From the NCBI GenBank assembly GCA_020348925.1, contig CP070758.1, forward strand, positions 3,983,688-4,047,687: a stretch of 64,000 bases of DNA. Reading direction: 5' to 3'. Shown in pieces: positions 31,050 to 41,123 of this stretch. Positions within the stretch are counted from its first letter, which is position 1, and each line of letters begins with the position of its first letter. The notes below the pieces were generated by a model that was not told the DNA's origin, did no database searches, and saw nothing but the letters and a program-made list of their open reading frames with translations. Source of the DNA: Gemmatimonadota bacterium (lineage in GTDB: Bacteria > JBHIER01 > G020348925). The position numbers were made by a program, and so were the translations under genes.

Positions 31050-31079
31050 TGAAACTTTCTGAGAGAGATATGGTCTATT
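31050..31079 (+). promoter_or_regulatory. Putative ECF sigma promoter, copy 3
   Basis: TGAAAC-N17-GTCTATT. Confidence 0.6.
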
Positions 31080-31200
31080 TTATACTTGTAGGGAGACACG
31101 TCTTTGTTATATCTTAGAGAGCGGTTCGGCGAAGACCGAACCGCAACACTTTTTTGTGGTTGAAAATGACCGATCTGTTTTACAAATCACGTGAGGATTC

Positions 31201-33744
31201 ATGATGAAACGAGACCTTCGATATTATTTTCTGTTTGGGGTCCTGGCGATTGTGCCATTGGTTTTTTCGCAGTGTGGAAACCAGGACAAAAACCAGAAGA
31301 TCAAATTGGACAGCGCTGTCATGCGCCAGACCGAAAAACCGTCCGGGTTGGTTACCACATTGCAGGTGCAGCCGGAGGAGATACGATCCATTGCCGTCTT
31401 TCACTTCGAGAATGTGATCGGTGATGCAGAGCTTGATTGGATGCGTCGCGGGTTGCCCCAGATGCTTATTACCGATCTCTCTCAGTCTCGATATGTGGAT
31501 ATCGTAACCGAGCAGGATCTTGCCCCGATTAAGGAAAAGTTGGGAATCGATGAAGGGGGAATAGTGGATGCCTCCACAGCTGTTTCCATAGCCAAGGAAG
31601 CTCGAGTGGAAACGGCGTTGGTGGGAAGTTATATCCGTATCGGCAATACCATTCGGATCGACTGTCGTCTGTATGATGTACAGACGGGCAAGTTGCTGAA
31701 GGCGGATCGTGTCGAGGGGGAGGGCCTTGAGCAGGTCTTCACTTTGGTGGACGATTTAACTCGACAGGTCAGAGACGGCCTGAAGTTGACCCTGAAGGGA
31801 GTGGTGGAGTTTGACAGAGGCCTGGCCGACGTCTCGACAAACTCCATCGAAGCCTATCGCTTTTTTGCCGAAGGCTTGGCAGAGTTCGAGAAACTGTTTT
31901 ATCAGAGAGCTGCCAACAATTTCGAGAGAGCTGTGGCCATCGATACAACGTTTGCCACGGCGTATCTCCATTTGGCCCGTGCCTATATCAATCTTGCCCG
32001 GGCTGATGAAGCGCGACAGGTTATGACCAGGGCTGTCGTTTTTTCGGACCATGTCACGGAACGAGAGCGACTGAATATCATGGCCCTCAACGCCAATTTA
32101 AAGGGCGATTATGTCGAGCGGCTGGGAATTTACGAAAAGATGGCAAAACTCTTCCCCAACGATAAAGAGACCCATTATAATTTAGCAAACATATACGATG
32201 ATCTGGGCAGGTTCGATGAAGCCATTAATCACTATGAGGCAGCTTTAGAGATAGACGCAGGCTACAAGCTCGTGTACAACCAACTGGGGTATCTTTACTC
32301 AGCCATAGGAATGCATGAAAAAGCGGTGGAGAGCCTCAAGCAATATATTGAATTAGCTCCTGATGAGCCGAACCCTCATGACAGTATCGGTGAGATTTAT
32401 CAGCGTGCCGGTCGCCTGGATGAAGCTATTGATGAATATAAGGAGGCAATACGACTGGGAGCCGATCTTCACTATCCGTGGATACATATGGGTCTTGCCT
32501 ATCAGGAAAAAGGGGAGTTTGGAGAAGCACAGCGCTGTTTCCAGCGTTATATCGAGTTGGCTCCCAGTGAGGCCATTCGATCGGGCGGATACGAATTGAT
32601 AGGGGAAACGTATTGGGCCAACGACGATGACGAAGAAGCGTTGGCGGCATATGTCGAAGCGCTCAGGGTGTATCCGGATGACTTCGGGGTTATTTCTGAG
32701 ATTAGAGAGTTGTACATGGATCGAGGTGACACGATTGAAGCCCAGCGTTTCCTTGATGAATGGTTTCAAAACACCGGTGAGAGACTCTTACGGGAGGACA
32801 GTTTTACTGATCTTGTTCACTTTGTGGCCACATGCGTGTACAATGATCTTTACATTGATAGGCTCGAGCCCTATATCGAGAAAGCGTGGCAGCTCTCGGA
32901 GAATGATCGTAACAGGGCAACGTGCACTTCATTGAGGGCGCTTATCGATGCGAAACAGGGAAATATCGATTCGGCCATGGCTCGTTGGGAATCAAATCTC
33001 GCTCTCCCATCGATAGAGAACAAGCTTGGAATCAGTTTTTACGATGCCAAAATAGGCTCCCAGGTCCTGGCACAAAGATCGGATGAGCCCGAAGTCGTGA
33101 TAGCTCTTTTTGAGAAATTTCTTAAAAAAGCGAAAGAATTAGGAAATCCAAGCTTTGAAGCGAGTGCGCAATATTTTCTTCTTGAATTCTACCAGAAGAT
33201 TGGTGATGAGGATGCTCTTGAACGGGCGTTGGTTTCCACTGGGACGCCCCGGGAGTCCGATTGGTGGATCATCGGGCCTTTTGAGAATAAGGGCGGATTC
33301 CATCGCCAGTTTTTACCTGAGCGGGAGACGAATCTGACGAAATTACACAACGGAAAAAACGGAAAGGTTCACTGGAGACAGGCGCAGGACGGCCTCTTCG
33401 ATGGTTACATCGACCTCAAGGAGATATATGATCCTGACACCTGGGTTGTAGCCTATGGGCTTCTTTCCTTTGATTCCCCGATTGTTCGGCAAGCACAGCT
33501 TCGGATCGGGACGGACGATGGGGTGAGGGTCTGGCTCAATGATGAGGAAGTCTGGACGAGAAATATGCGCCGGGGAGCTAAGGCTGACGGCGATATTATT
33601 TCTGTGGCGTTGCAGGAGGGTACGAATACGGTCCTCATCAAGGTTTGTCAGACCATCTCGGAGTGGGGTTTCTTTTTCCGCATCACCGATCCCGAGGGTC
33701 ATTCCTTCGGCGACATCACGTTCCTTCCTCAGATTTCCAGTTGA
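31201..33744 (+). CDS. TolB-N/TPR/beta-sandwich lipoprotein (paralog 3)
   Basis: FSQC signal; same architecture and length as the other two. Confidence 0.85.
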   Translation: MMKRDLRYYFLFGVLAIVPLVFSQCGNQDKNQKIKLDSAVMRQTEKPSGLVTTLQVQPEEIRSIAVFHFENVIGDAELDWMRRGLPQMLITDLSQSRYVDIVTEQDLAPIKEKLGIDEGGIVDASTAVSIAKEARVETALVGSYIRIGNTIRIDCRLYDVQTGKLLKADRVEGEGLEQVFTLVDDLTRQVRDGLKLTLKGVVEFDRGLADVSTNSIEAYRFFAEGLAEFEKLFYQRAANNFERAVAIDTTFATAYLHLARAYINLARADEARQVMTRAVVFSDHVTERERLNIMALNANLKGDYVERLGIYEKMAKLFPNDKETHYNLANIYDDLGRFDEAINHYEAALEIDAGYKLVYNQLGYLYSAIGMHEKAVESLKQYIELAPDEPNPHDSIGEIYQRAGRLDEAIDEYKEAIRLGADLHYPWIHMGLAYQEKGEFGEAQRCFQRYIELAPSEAIRSGGYELIGETYWANDDDEEALAAYVEALRVYPDDFGVISEIRELYMDRGDTIEAQRFLDEWFQNTGERLLREDSFTDLVHFVATCVYNDLYIDRLEPYIEKAWQLSENDRNRATCTSLRALIDAKQGNIDSAMARWESNLALPSIENKLGISFYDAKIGSQVLAQRSDEPEVVIALFEKFLKKAKELGNPSFEASAQYFLLEFYQKIGDEDALERALVSTGTPRESDWWIIGPFENKGGFHRQFLPERETNLTKLHNGKNGKVHWRQAQDGLFDGYIDLKEIYDPDTWVVAYGLLSFDSPIVRQAQLRIGTDDGVRVWLNDEEVWTRNMRRGAKADGDIISVALQEGTNTVLIKVCQTISEWGFFFRITDPEGHSFGDITFLPQISS

Positions 33745-33945
33745 TAAACCTCTCAGTACTTTTCTCGATCGTTTATCCCGGTGCAGTGAAACCGGCGAAG
33801 AGCCAAGAAATCCAGCTTTTATTATTCGTTCAACGAGAGATTTGTTTTTCCTTGACAAAGTGCATTCATCGCCGTATATTGCCAACTCTTTGTTAGGCTG
33901 CAAAATAGGTTATCTGTCAAGGACGTTCTTATCAAGGAGGCTAAA

Positions 33946-34464
33946 GTGAGTGAATTGAGTCCTGCTGCTGTAGACGCGATAAAAATGGCCATTCAGTTGG
34001 AAAAAGACGGCCGTACTTTTTTCGAAGAAGCGGCTCAGAAGACCGAGAACCAGCTCGGCAAGAAAATGTTTGAGAGGCTCGCCCAGGATGAGATAGACCA
34101 TCTGAGGACGTTTCAAAAGATCTTCGATACTGTCACCGAAGGCGGCGATTGGGGGGAGCTGGCCCAAAAGGCGCCCAGGATTGGGAAAGTCCCCGTTTTC
34201 GAGAAGAAAGGGGAAGAGAAGAAAGATGTCAATCCCAGCGAGCTGGATGCCTTACGAAAAGCGATGAACATCGAGAAGGATGCCATAGAGTTCTTCCAAA
34301 AGGCAACGGACGGAACGGAGGATTCACTGGCGAAGAAGATCTTCAAGACGATCCAGCAGGAGGAGGAGTATCACTACGATTTGCTTCAAGCCCAGTACGA
34401 TTCCCTGTCCCACTCCGGAATGTGGTACGACATCGGCGAATTCCAGATGGATGGGATGTATTAG
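33946..34464 (+). CDS. Ferritin-like/rubrerythrin family di-iron protein
   Basis: Duplicated A..E...F......F..(L/I)..(D/E)E..H motifs (AQDEIDH, QQEEEYH); AAGGAGG RBS. Confidence 0.9.
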   Translation: MSELSPAAVDAIKMAIQLEKDGRTFFEEAAQKTENQLGKKMFERLAQDEIDHLRTFQKIFDTVTEGGDWGELAQKAPRIGKVPVFEKKGEEKKDVNPSELDALRKAMNIEKDAIEFFQKATDGTEDSLAKKIFKTIQQEEEYHYDLLQAQYDSLSHSGMWYDIGEFQMDGMY

Positions 34465-34519
34465 GAAGCTTTCTTCAAACGGGACAAAGAGAACTTTTTC
34501 CATAGGTATAAATCGAAAC

Positions 34520-34552
34520 AGAAGCGGTCGTTTCAGAAACGGCCGCTTTTTT
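34520..34552. terminator. Terminator between convergent genes
   Basis: AAGCGGTCGTTTC a GAAACGGCCGCTT TTTT. Confidence 0.7.
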
Positions 34553-34625
34553 GTATCACTTCTTGGAGAAAGAACTGCTGAAGATAGAAATGTGGTGGTT
34601 AGAGTAAGCGAGCTGCGGGCCAAGG

Positions 34626-35078
34626 TTATTTTGGCAGTTTACCAAGGAGCTTCCATACCCAGCGTTGGGTCCTGTGTAAAAATCCAACCGGCTCAGCAAA
34701 CATTAAAATGCACTCTCCACGGACAACGCTGATGCCGTTTTCATTACAGAATTGGATGGCTTCTTCCGATTCTGCCCCTTGTTGCATCCACACTTTGTTG
34801 ATGCCTGCAAGGGCTACATCCTGGACGACTTTTTCGGTCTCCTGGGGTGGCACGACTATTATAACTCCCCCAACCTCTTCGGGTAACATATTGAGATTGG
34901 GATAACATGGTTCGCCTTCGATGGTCTCGACTTCAGGATGTACCCGGAATATGCGATAGTCTTTTCCCTTGAGATCCCTATAGATGGCATTGCCAAATTT
35001 CTTTCCGGTTCGAGAGACACCAACTATGGCCAGTGTCTTGAGGGCCAAGAATTCATCGACCGATGCCTTTGTCGTCAT
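34626..35078 (-). CDS. CoA-binding protein (CoA_binding_2 family)
   Basis: AIVGVSR..KKFG, VHP, VWMQQGAES, GECILM. Confidence 0.9.
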   Translation of the reverse strand: MTTKASVDEFLALKTLAIVGVSRTGKKFGNAIYRDLKGKDYRIFRVHPEVETIEGEPCYPNLNMLPEEVGGVIIVVPPQETEKVVQDVALAGINKVWMQQGAESEEAIQFCNENGISVVRGECILMFAEPVGFLHRTQRWVWKLLGKLPK

Positions 35079-35112
35079 TCTATTTTCCTTTTTTTATCAC
35101 CGAATTTCGTGG

Positions 35113-36744
35113 TTACCAATTCTGCATAATCTCTCTGAAGCATTCCGGGCCACTCATGAGAACACCGCCGTAACCATGGCCGGGCCGGGTCCAGGCGCCT
35201 GCGAGATAGAGATTTTGTATTGGCGTTGAATGCGCCAGTCTGTTTGGGCCTGAATTATCCAGAGTTTGATCCCACCCGTAGATCGCGCCGCGGTAATTGC
35301 CGGTGTAACGAAGGTTCGTCAGAGGCGAACCGATCTCTTTCACTTCGATTGCATCCGAAAGACCCGGCAGGAGTGTCTCCTCCGCTCTTTTTATTAGAAT
35401 ATCAGCCATCCTCTCTTTCTCAGCTCGATAGGCTTTTTTCTTATTGGCGAAGTAGTCGGCTTCATACATCTTCCAGTAGTCGTACCCTTGAAGTGCTATA
35501 ATGTTGATAATATTCTTACCCTCAGGTGAGTAGCCGTCATAGATATTATCATAGAGCGTAACGAGAAAGTCGCAATGTTCAATATCAGCTTTGAGGGCTG
35601 AGTTGTAACTGGAATCAAAATCATATCCTGGGTAGTAGAAAATCTCGGTGTCGTTCCTATTGAGATTACCGATCAAATCTTTCTTCAACCCCAGAAAAAC
35701 CTGGAAACACGAGAGGCTCACGCTGAAAGTATCCATTCGCTGTAAGTAGTCTTTTAAGAGCTCATCTTCGTTCATCATGGAATGAAATGTATCGTAGGCA
35801 TTGGCATTTGAGACGATTACTTTCCCATAGTATTCTTTCCCATTTTCGGTTTTCACTCCGTAAGCAGCATGATCCCTCACCAAGATTTTTTTCACTTCAG
35901 TCTTTAGCATGACCTTACCGCCGCGGTCTTGTATGAACCTCACGAAAGCATCACTGATCCTCTGGGATTTACCTTTGACATAAAATCCACCACCACTGAG
36001 ATACCCGTAGTAGGGGAGGGCATAGTACAGGGTAGCCAGTTTTGAAGGTGGGAGCCCATAGTAGGGCCACTGAGCTGAAACAATGGCTTTCAATTTGGGA
36101 CTCTTGATCCGAGCATCAACGATTTCACCCCATGTTTTTTCGAAGCTTTTGAACAAATACGGAAAATCAACCGGAAAACTGCTCATGTCGACCTGACCGC
36201 CGGCGGCCGTATACTTGCCTATGTCTTCGGTCAAACCTTCCATATCATCGAAGATCCCTTCAATGGCCTCCCTTTCCTCCGGGAAGAGGCTTTTCAATGT
36301 TTCAATATAGGCCGGGATGTTTTGCTGTGGTATGCGGAGGTCATGGTCGGGAAATACCGCCCTGTAGAGATCAGGATGAGGAACGAACTCAGCATCTGTA
36401 ATTTCGGGAAAACCGGGTATGAGATTATATAATCCGTCTCGATCGTCAACGGATGTGGAATGCAATGAGACATCAAATACAAAATCTTTGCGTTTAAACG
36501 TCGTCGCATATCCACCCGGAATATAGTGTTTTTCCAGAACCAGTGGCTTAAAGCCCTGACGGGCGAAGGCTGCGGCGCAGCTCAATCCACCCAGTCCTGA
36601 ACCGATAATAATCGCATCATACCGATCATCATCCTGATTCGCGCCTGATCCCCTGGGAAGCGCGCTCCAATCCAGCGCCACCATGGAAATCCCGCCGAGC
36701 AAAGATTTCAGAAAATCTCTTCTTTGTGTGATCATATCGAACAT
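35113..36744 (-). CDS. Tat-exported FAD-dependent oxidoreductase, phytoene desaturase / retinol saturase family
   Basis: TQRRDFLK twin-Arg signal, IIIGSGLGGL, LEKHYIPGG, SPLT..RYT....GAIYG, NLYLAGAWT.PG.G. Confidence 0.88.
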   Translation of the reverse strand: MFDMITQRRDFLKSLLGGISMVALDWSALPRGSGANQDDDRYDAIIIGSGLGGLSCAAAFARQGFKPLVLEKHYIPGGYATTFKRKDFVFDVSLHSTSVDDRDGLYNLIPGFPEITDAEFVPHPDLYRAVFPDHDLRIPQQNIPAYIETLKSLFPEEREAIEGIFDDMEGLTEDIGKYTAAGGQVDMSSFPVDFPYLFKSFEKTWGEIVDARIKSPKLKAIVSAQWPYYGLPPSKLATLYYALPYYGYLSGGGFYVKGKSQRISDAFVRFIQDRGGKVMLKTEVKKILVRDHAAYGVKTENGKEYYGKVIVSNANAYDTFHSMMNEDELLKDYLQRMDTFSVSLSCFQVFLGLKKDLIGNLNRNDTEIFYYPGYDFDSSYNSALKADIEHCDFLVTLYDNIYDGYSPEGKNIINIIALQGYDYWKMYEADYFANKKKAYRAEKERMADILIKRAEETLLPGLSDAIEVKEIGSPLTNLRYTGNYRGAIYGWDQTLDNSGPNRLAHSTPIQNLYLAGAWTRPGHGYGGVLMSGPECFREIMQNW

Positions 36745-37214
36745 CGCGTTCCCTCCTTGAAAAAGAATTGGCCTTAGAACTATGTTCTAAGATACAAACC
36801 GCTCCCTGTGCTTTCAAGCGTTTTTTAGAGTGTTGTTCAGAAACTGTATGGGCGAAGATGAATCTTTGCACTCCAGATTACGTGCTCTGTGAGTTAAAAA
36901 GTGAATGATCAGTAATGGAGTGAAATGATTTATCGTTTCGATTGTTTTCGTAATATAAAAAGGGGACTGTCCCACCTTTTCACAAAGCCAAAAAATAAGT
37001 TCGGTTCTCCCGTATTTCAAAGGTACCATGTGACGCACAATCATTATTCTATTCTTGGATTGTGTTCTGCTCCTTTTTTCCATTTGCAGTCTTAGAGGTT
37101 CATTGTCCCGTAAGTTTTGGAAAGATGAGGGATTCAAAATTATTCACTGATAGCCGACGAAGTAAGATTGAGCGTTATTAAGTAAATGAGAACTGAGATA
37201 GTCCTCCCTTATGT

Positions 37215-38585
37215 CTAAAATCCAATATGCCGAATTTCCGTCAACCGCTCGAGGAGGGAGCCTTTTTTACTGCCTTCACCGAGGGTGAGGTCGGAGACGA
37301 CGACCTTTCCGATATGTTTCGTGTCCTGGACGAACCACCGTTTCTTCCTGTATGCCCAGGTGTTGTGGATGGCATAAAAACGTCCGTTGTGCTGGCCGAG
37401 ATAGATCATGACGTGCCCCGGAAAACCTATGATGGTTAAACCCGGACGAGCCAAATGCAAAGATTCAAGCTTATGTTTCTTTGAAACGTCGCGATCGAAT
37501 GCCGCGATAGACTGACCGGCTTTTAACTGAGAACGTGAGTTGCGGGGAAAATCGATTCCAAAGGTGGCGAAAACGTCGAGAACATACCGAGAGCAATCCT
37601 TCGTCTCAAACATCCCACCCCATCCATAGGGTTGATGCAGACTTTTGAAGGCCTGGCGAAGGACGTTGGCTGGCGAATAGAGCACATAGCCCTCAGAGAC
37701 ATCTTCCGATCCATGAATGAATCCTTCTTTCATGAGTAGATTTCCGTCCGCATCTCGAAAGGGGAACTGAACAGCATAGCCTTCTTCAGTACTCCGAACC
37801 AGTGGCACCGTCGAACCCATGCCTAAACTGCCGAGGAAACGTGTCCGGGTGGAGTCGCTGTACACATGAACAATATTTCCTGTGATTACCAATTTTTCCG
37901 ACGGTCTCAGGTATGCTTTGATGTCCTTCTTGCTTTCGCCAATACCGATGTCGACGGTTCTTACCCAACCGTGAGTGAAGGAAGCCTGGACAAAGGCCCA
38001 TGCTCTATCGTTGCTGAAATGATACAATGCAACAGGTTCACCAATCCCCAGAGCTGAGTGTTGAAAGTAATCAAACTCATAGTCATTTTTCTTTTCCATG
38101 GCGATTTCGCTGGTAGGGAGAGACCGGATGTCTGTTCGCCGGGTGGTGAGACCGAAAGATACATCAATTTTTTCAGGAATGGAATCCAGATCCATCCGCC
38201 GCTCTATTTCTTTATAAAAAGATTCGGGTAAAGGATAATTATTATGGCCGTAGCGTGTTCTTTTTTTGTGATGCTCGAAGTCTCCTACGATTGCCTTTCT
38301 AATGCGTCCACCGGAGACTTTGTTTCCAATGAGTAATACATCAACAAGATAGACATTCGAGGCGATATCCCTGTTCAGACTGTCTATGTTTTCGGAAGTC
38401 AAGAGCACACTGTCGGGGTTATCGATTTTCGCCGTCCAAAATTCTGGGGTTTCCAATTCGGGCGTGACGTGGGGGAGGGGCAACCGGGCCATCTCCATCC
38501 GAGCTGAACAACTGATGAGAAAAAGGGAGATAAGATAAAGGGACAAACGGAAAGAGCGTTTCACACGTTCAGGAGTTTTACTCAT
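37215..38585 (-). CDS. NlpC/P60 (C40) peptidoglycan peptidase lipoprotein with SH3 domains
   Basis: LISC lipobox, PYGWGG...DCS, PRNS..Q, GHVMIYLG, AIH. Confidence 0.9.
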   Translation of the reverse strand: MSKTPERVKRSFRLSLYLISLFLISCSARMEMARLPLPHVTPELETPEFWTAKIDNPDSVLLTSENIDSLNRDIASNVYLVDVLLIGNKVSGGRIRKAIVGDFEHHKKRTRYGHNNYPLPESFYKEIERRMDLDSIPEKIDVSFGLTTRRTDIRSLPTSEIAMEKKNDYEFDYFQHSALGIGEPVALYHFSNDRAWAFVQASFTHGWVRTVDIGIGESKKDIKAYLRPSEKLVITGNIVHVYSDSTRTRFLGSLGMGSTVPLVRSTEEGYAVQFPFRDADGNLLMKEGFIHGSEDVSEGYVLYSPANVLRQAFKSLHQPYGWGGMFETKDCSRYVLDVFATFGIDFPRNSRSQLKAGQSIAAFDRDVSKKHKLESLHLARPGLTIIGFPGHVMIYLGQHNGRFYAIHNTWAYRKKRWFVQDTKHIGKVVVSDLTLGEGSKKGSLLERLTEIRHIGF

Positions 38586-38769
38586 TCTTCAGTTCTTGTA
38601 TGTTGAGAATCGTGCTTGAGAAAAAAGGATTCCGATTTTATTCGATGTCGACTTGATAACGTTCTGTGGATTCCTATCCTCGTGGACATGACATAAATTC
38701 ACATGAAACTCAATCTGCATTGAATACTGGTGCGAAACGAGCTATTATTCTTACTTTTAAGGGGACACT

Positions 38770-38799
38770 GTGAAACGATGCATCGTTGCGCTCCGTAAG
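38770..38799. repeat. Partial copy of the GAGTG(A/C)AA-type REP palindrome
   Basis: GTGAAACGATGCATCGTTGCGCTCCGTAAG matches the copy at 46570-46628. Confidence 0.55.
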
Positions 38800-38879
38800 A
38801 TACTCTGAGGGATCAGGGGACTGGCCCTGTTTCACCGGAAATCTTGACATCTTATTTTTCTTCTCAAATACAAGCCACA

Positions 38880-41123
38880 CTACCATCGCAGCTCTAAAAT
38901 CCCCTCGCCCTCCAAATATAATACGATTTTCCCGTTTTCGTATTGAAAATTGATGGGGCTGTTTCTGAAAAAGACAGCGGTGGGCTGTCGGTCTGATGTG
39001 AATTCGAGATGATACGATCCGTCACCCCTCACGTGGCCGGTCAACCCCGATTCTGTCTGCTGTATAGCAAGAGTGATGATCCTATCGGAAGCGAAGAGCG
39101 CAAGATCGTTATGTTCGTACAAAGAGCCACCGGTACCGGACAGTTTCTTCAACATTCCGTTTTGAAAACCGGCCAGGAAAATCTTTGCGTTCGTACGGAT
39201 TGGACTGTGGCCTGTCATTGATTCGGGAATGGATATTTCGCTGTCTCCCTCTTGGATAGCCACAATATCCATCGAACCGCCCCGTCGGATGATCACTCCA
39301 TCAAATGTCTCATATTTGAAAGCGGAAACTGTTGGCAAGGCATCGCCTTCTTTTCGAGGATAGAGGACACCGAGATAACGGGTATCCTCCGCTTCCGTCT
39401 CCGCAGCGATTAAGGAATGGTTTCTTTCTTCGCCGTAGTGAAGGGAGTGGATATCTTCTCGCTCCGAGATGATTGCTTCGGAAGGTGACGTTACAAATGC
39501 ATGGAATGAGACGTCATCCTGCACCCACACACCACCACTTTCGGTCAGGGTGAAGGTTCCGTCGGATGAGAGACCGTTGCCGTGAAGCAGCCATGTATAG
39601 TGGTGTTTCTCGGATGAGCGAATCTCATCGACCGTGATAAAGTATCGATGTTCCGGAAAGAATACGTGTCGCACAAAGTCCACACCTTGATAGCGGGTTT
39701 TTACCTCACAGTAATCCAAGAAATGCGTGGCAAAATAGTTTTGCAGTTGCGCGTCGGTTCCACCGTGCCATCCGAGGAACCACTTGGGTGCGGTGGGTCC
39801 TTTATCATCGACCAAGATAAGGTTATGGTTCTTCGGTTTGTTCACCTTGTGGCGTTCCTTCCAGTTTATGTATCCGCCGTCGAGGGCCAGCATTTTCCCG
39901 TAGGCATAAATGATGAAACTCATGGGGTCGGGTTGGTCGTGGGCACCACCATGAAGTTGCGCTTTACCATGCTCTCCCAGAAGCAGCATATAGATAGCAT
40001 CTGGTGACCAGTCGCTTCTGAAAACTGCGTTTCCGGCTTCGGGGAGAAAGAGGGTTGGGTTCCAAACAGGTCCTTTCGTTTCGATGCCATCGTCGAAATG
40101 GCAGAGGGCATCGATCTTTTTGTACCCAGGGCAGAAATGTTCACCCTCAGCCTGGACCCAGTCCCACTGATGAAAAGATGGATGAGAAGTGTGTGCGGCG
40201 AAGAGCCCTCCATAGAACCAGTCCAAGGCCGCGTCGTCGAAGTTCGGTCGTTGGCCATTGGGCAGACGGATCTTGATGCCCCAGTCGTGCAGAGATTGTA
40301 GGGGTTCCCTTTGAAAGATGTTCTGACCGGTTGCACGATACAGGGCTGTCAAATACGGGATGTACAGATTTGCGCTATATCTGAGATAGTTTGGCCCCTC
40401 GGCGTGTCCGCCGTCCGAGGTGGTCTGGTGATCGATGGTCCTCAAGAACCCCTTGATGGCACTCGAATGCCAGTCTTTGGGACCGCTTCCTTCCCCGCCT
40501 TCACCGTAGTCGGCAATGGCCAGGGCGCACATTCCGAGGGCGGCGCAGCGTCTGATGCGCCAGTTGTTGGCCGTCTCTTTGAGGGAAGAGTACGTGTATA
40601 ATCTATGGCCCTCATTGTAGAGGTTGTCCCGAATTATCTTATGGGTATTCGGATGATGTTTCAAAAAGGATGCAATCATGTCGTAAGCCTGGCAGTAATT
40701 GGGAACAGCATCCATCTCCTGATGGATATCTCCCCAATTTCCTCCATTGGAGCGGGTGCGGATTGAACCGAGGATCTCCGCGGCCTTTTCAGCATAAGCT
40801 GTGTCCTCAGTCACGACATAGGCGAAGGCCAGGGCTTTGGCATACTCGCTCTTTTTTCGCTCGAGAGTCGTTTTTTGAATGTCGGCGCTCAGGGCTTCAT
40901 CCGCTCTCCTCTTCACCCACTTCCACCACGACGCATACGGTTCGCGCTCAATCCGTGAGCGGATTGGTGGAATCTCCTCGGCTTTCAAGAGCAGAACAGG
41001 ATGATGTTCAGCTGGGAAATATGATATGACGGATCCAAGATGTCTGCTGCCCGCGCACGACAGGCAGATTGGGAAAATTACCCAGAGACACAGCCGGGTG
41101 AGAAGGATTGTCAATCGCTTCAT
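38880..41123 (-). CDS. Heparinase II/III-family (alginate/heparin lyase-like) lipoprotein
   Basis: CLSC lipobox, ANNW, DGGHAEGPNY, FRSDW, HDQPDPMSF, HNLILVD. Confidence 0.82.
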   Translation of the reverse strand: MKRLTILLTRLCLWVIFPICLSCAGSRHLGSVISYFPAEHHPVLLLKAEEIPPIRSRIEREPYASWWKWVKRRADEALSADIQKTTLERKKSEYAKALAFAYVVTEDTAYAEKAAEILGSIRTRSNGGNWGDIHQEMDAVPNYCQAYDMIASFLKHHPNTHKIIRDNLYNEGHRLYTYSSLKETANNWRIRRCAALGMCALAIADYGEGGEGSGPKDWHSSAIKGFLRTIDHQTTSDGGHAEGPNYLRYSANLYIPYLTALYRATGQNIFQREPLQSLHDWGIKIRLPNGQRPNFDDAALDWFYGGLFAAHTSHPSFHQWDWVQAEGEHFCPGYKKIDALCHFDDGIETKGPVWNPTLFLPEAGNAVFRSDWSPDAIYMLLLGEHGKAQLHGGAHDQPDPMSFIIYAYGKMLALDGGYINWKERHKVNKPKNHNLILVDDKGPTAPKWFLGWHGGTDAQLQNYFATHFLDYCEVKTRYQGVDFVRHVFFPEHRYFITVDEIRSSEKHHYTWLLHGNGLSSDGTFTLTESGGVWVQDDVSFHAFVTSPSEAIISEREDIHSLHYGEERNHSLIAAETEAEDTRYLGVLYPRKEGDALPTVSAFKYETFDGVIIRRGGSMDIVAIQEGDSEISIPESMTGHSPIRTNAKIFLAGFQNGMLKKLSGTGGSLYEHNDLALFASDRIITLAIQQTESGLTGHVRGDGSYHLEFTSDRQPTAVFFRNSPINFQYENGKIVLYLEGEGILELRW

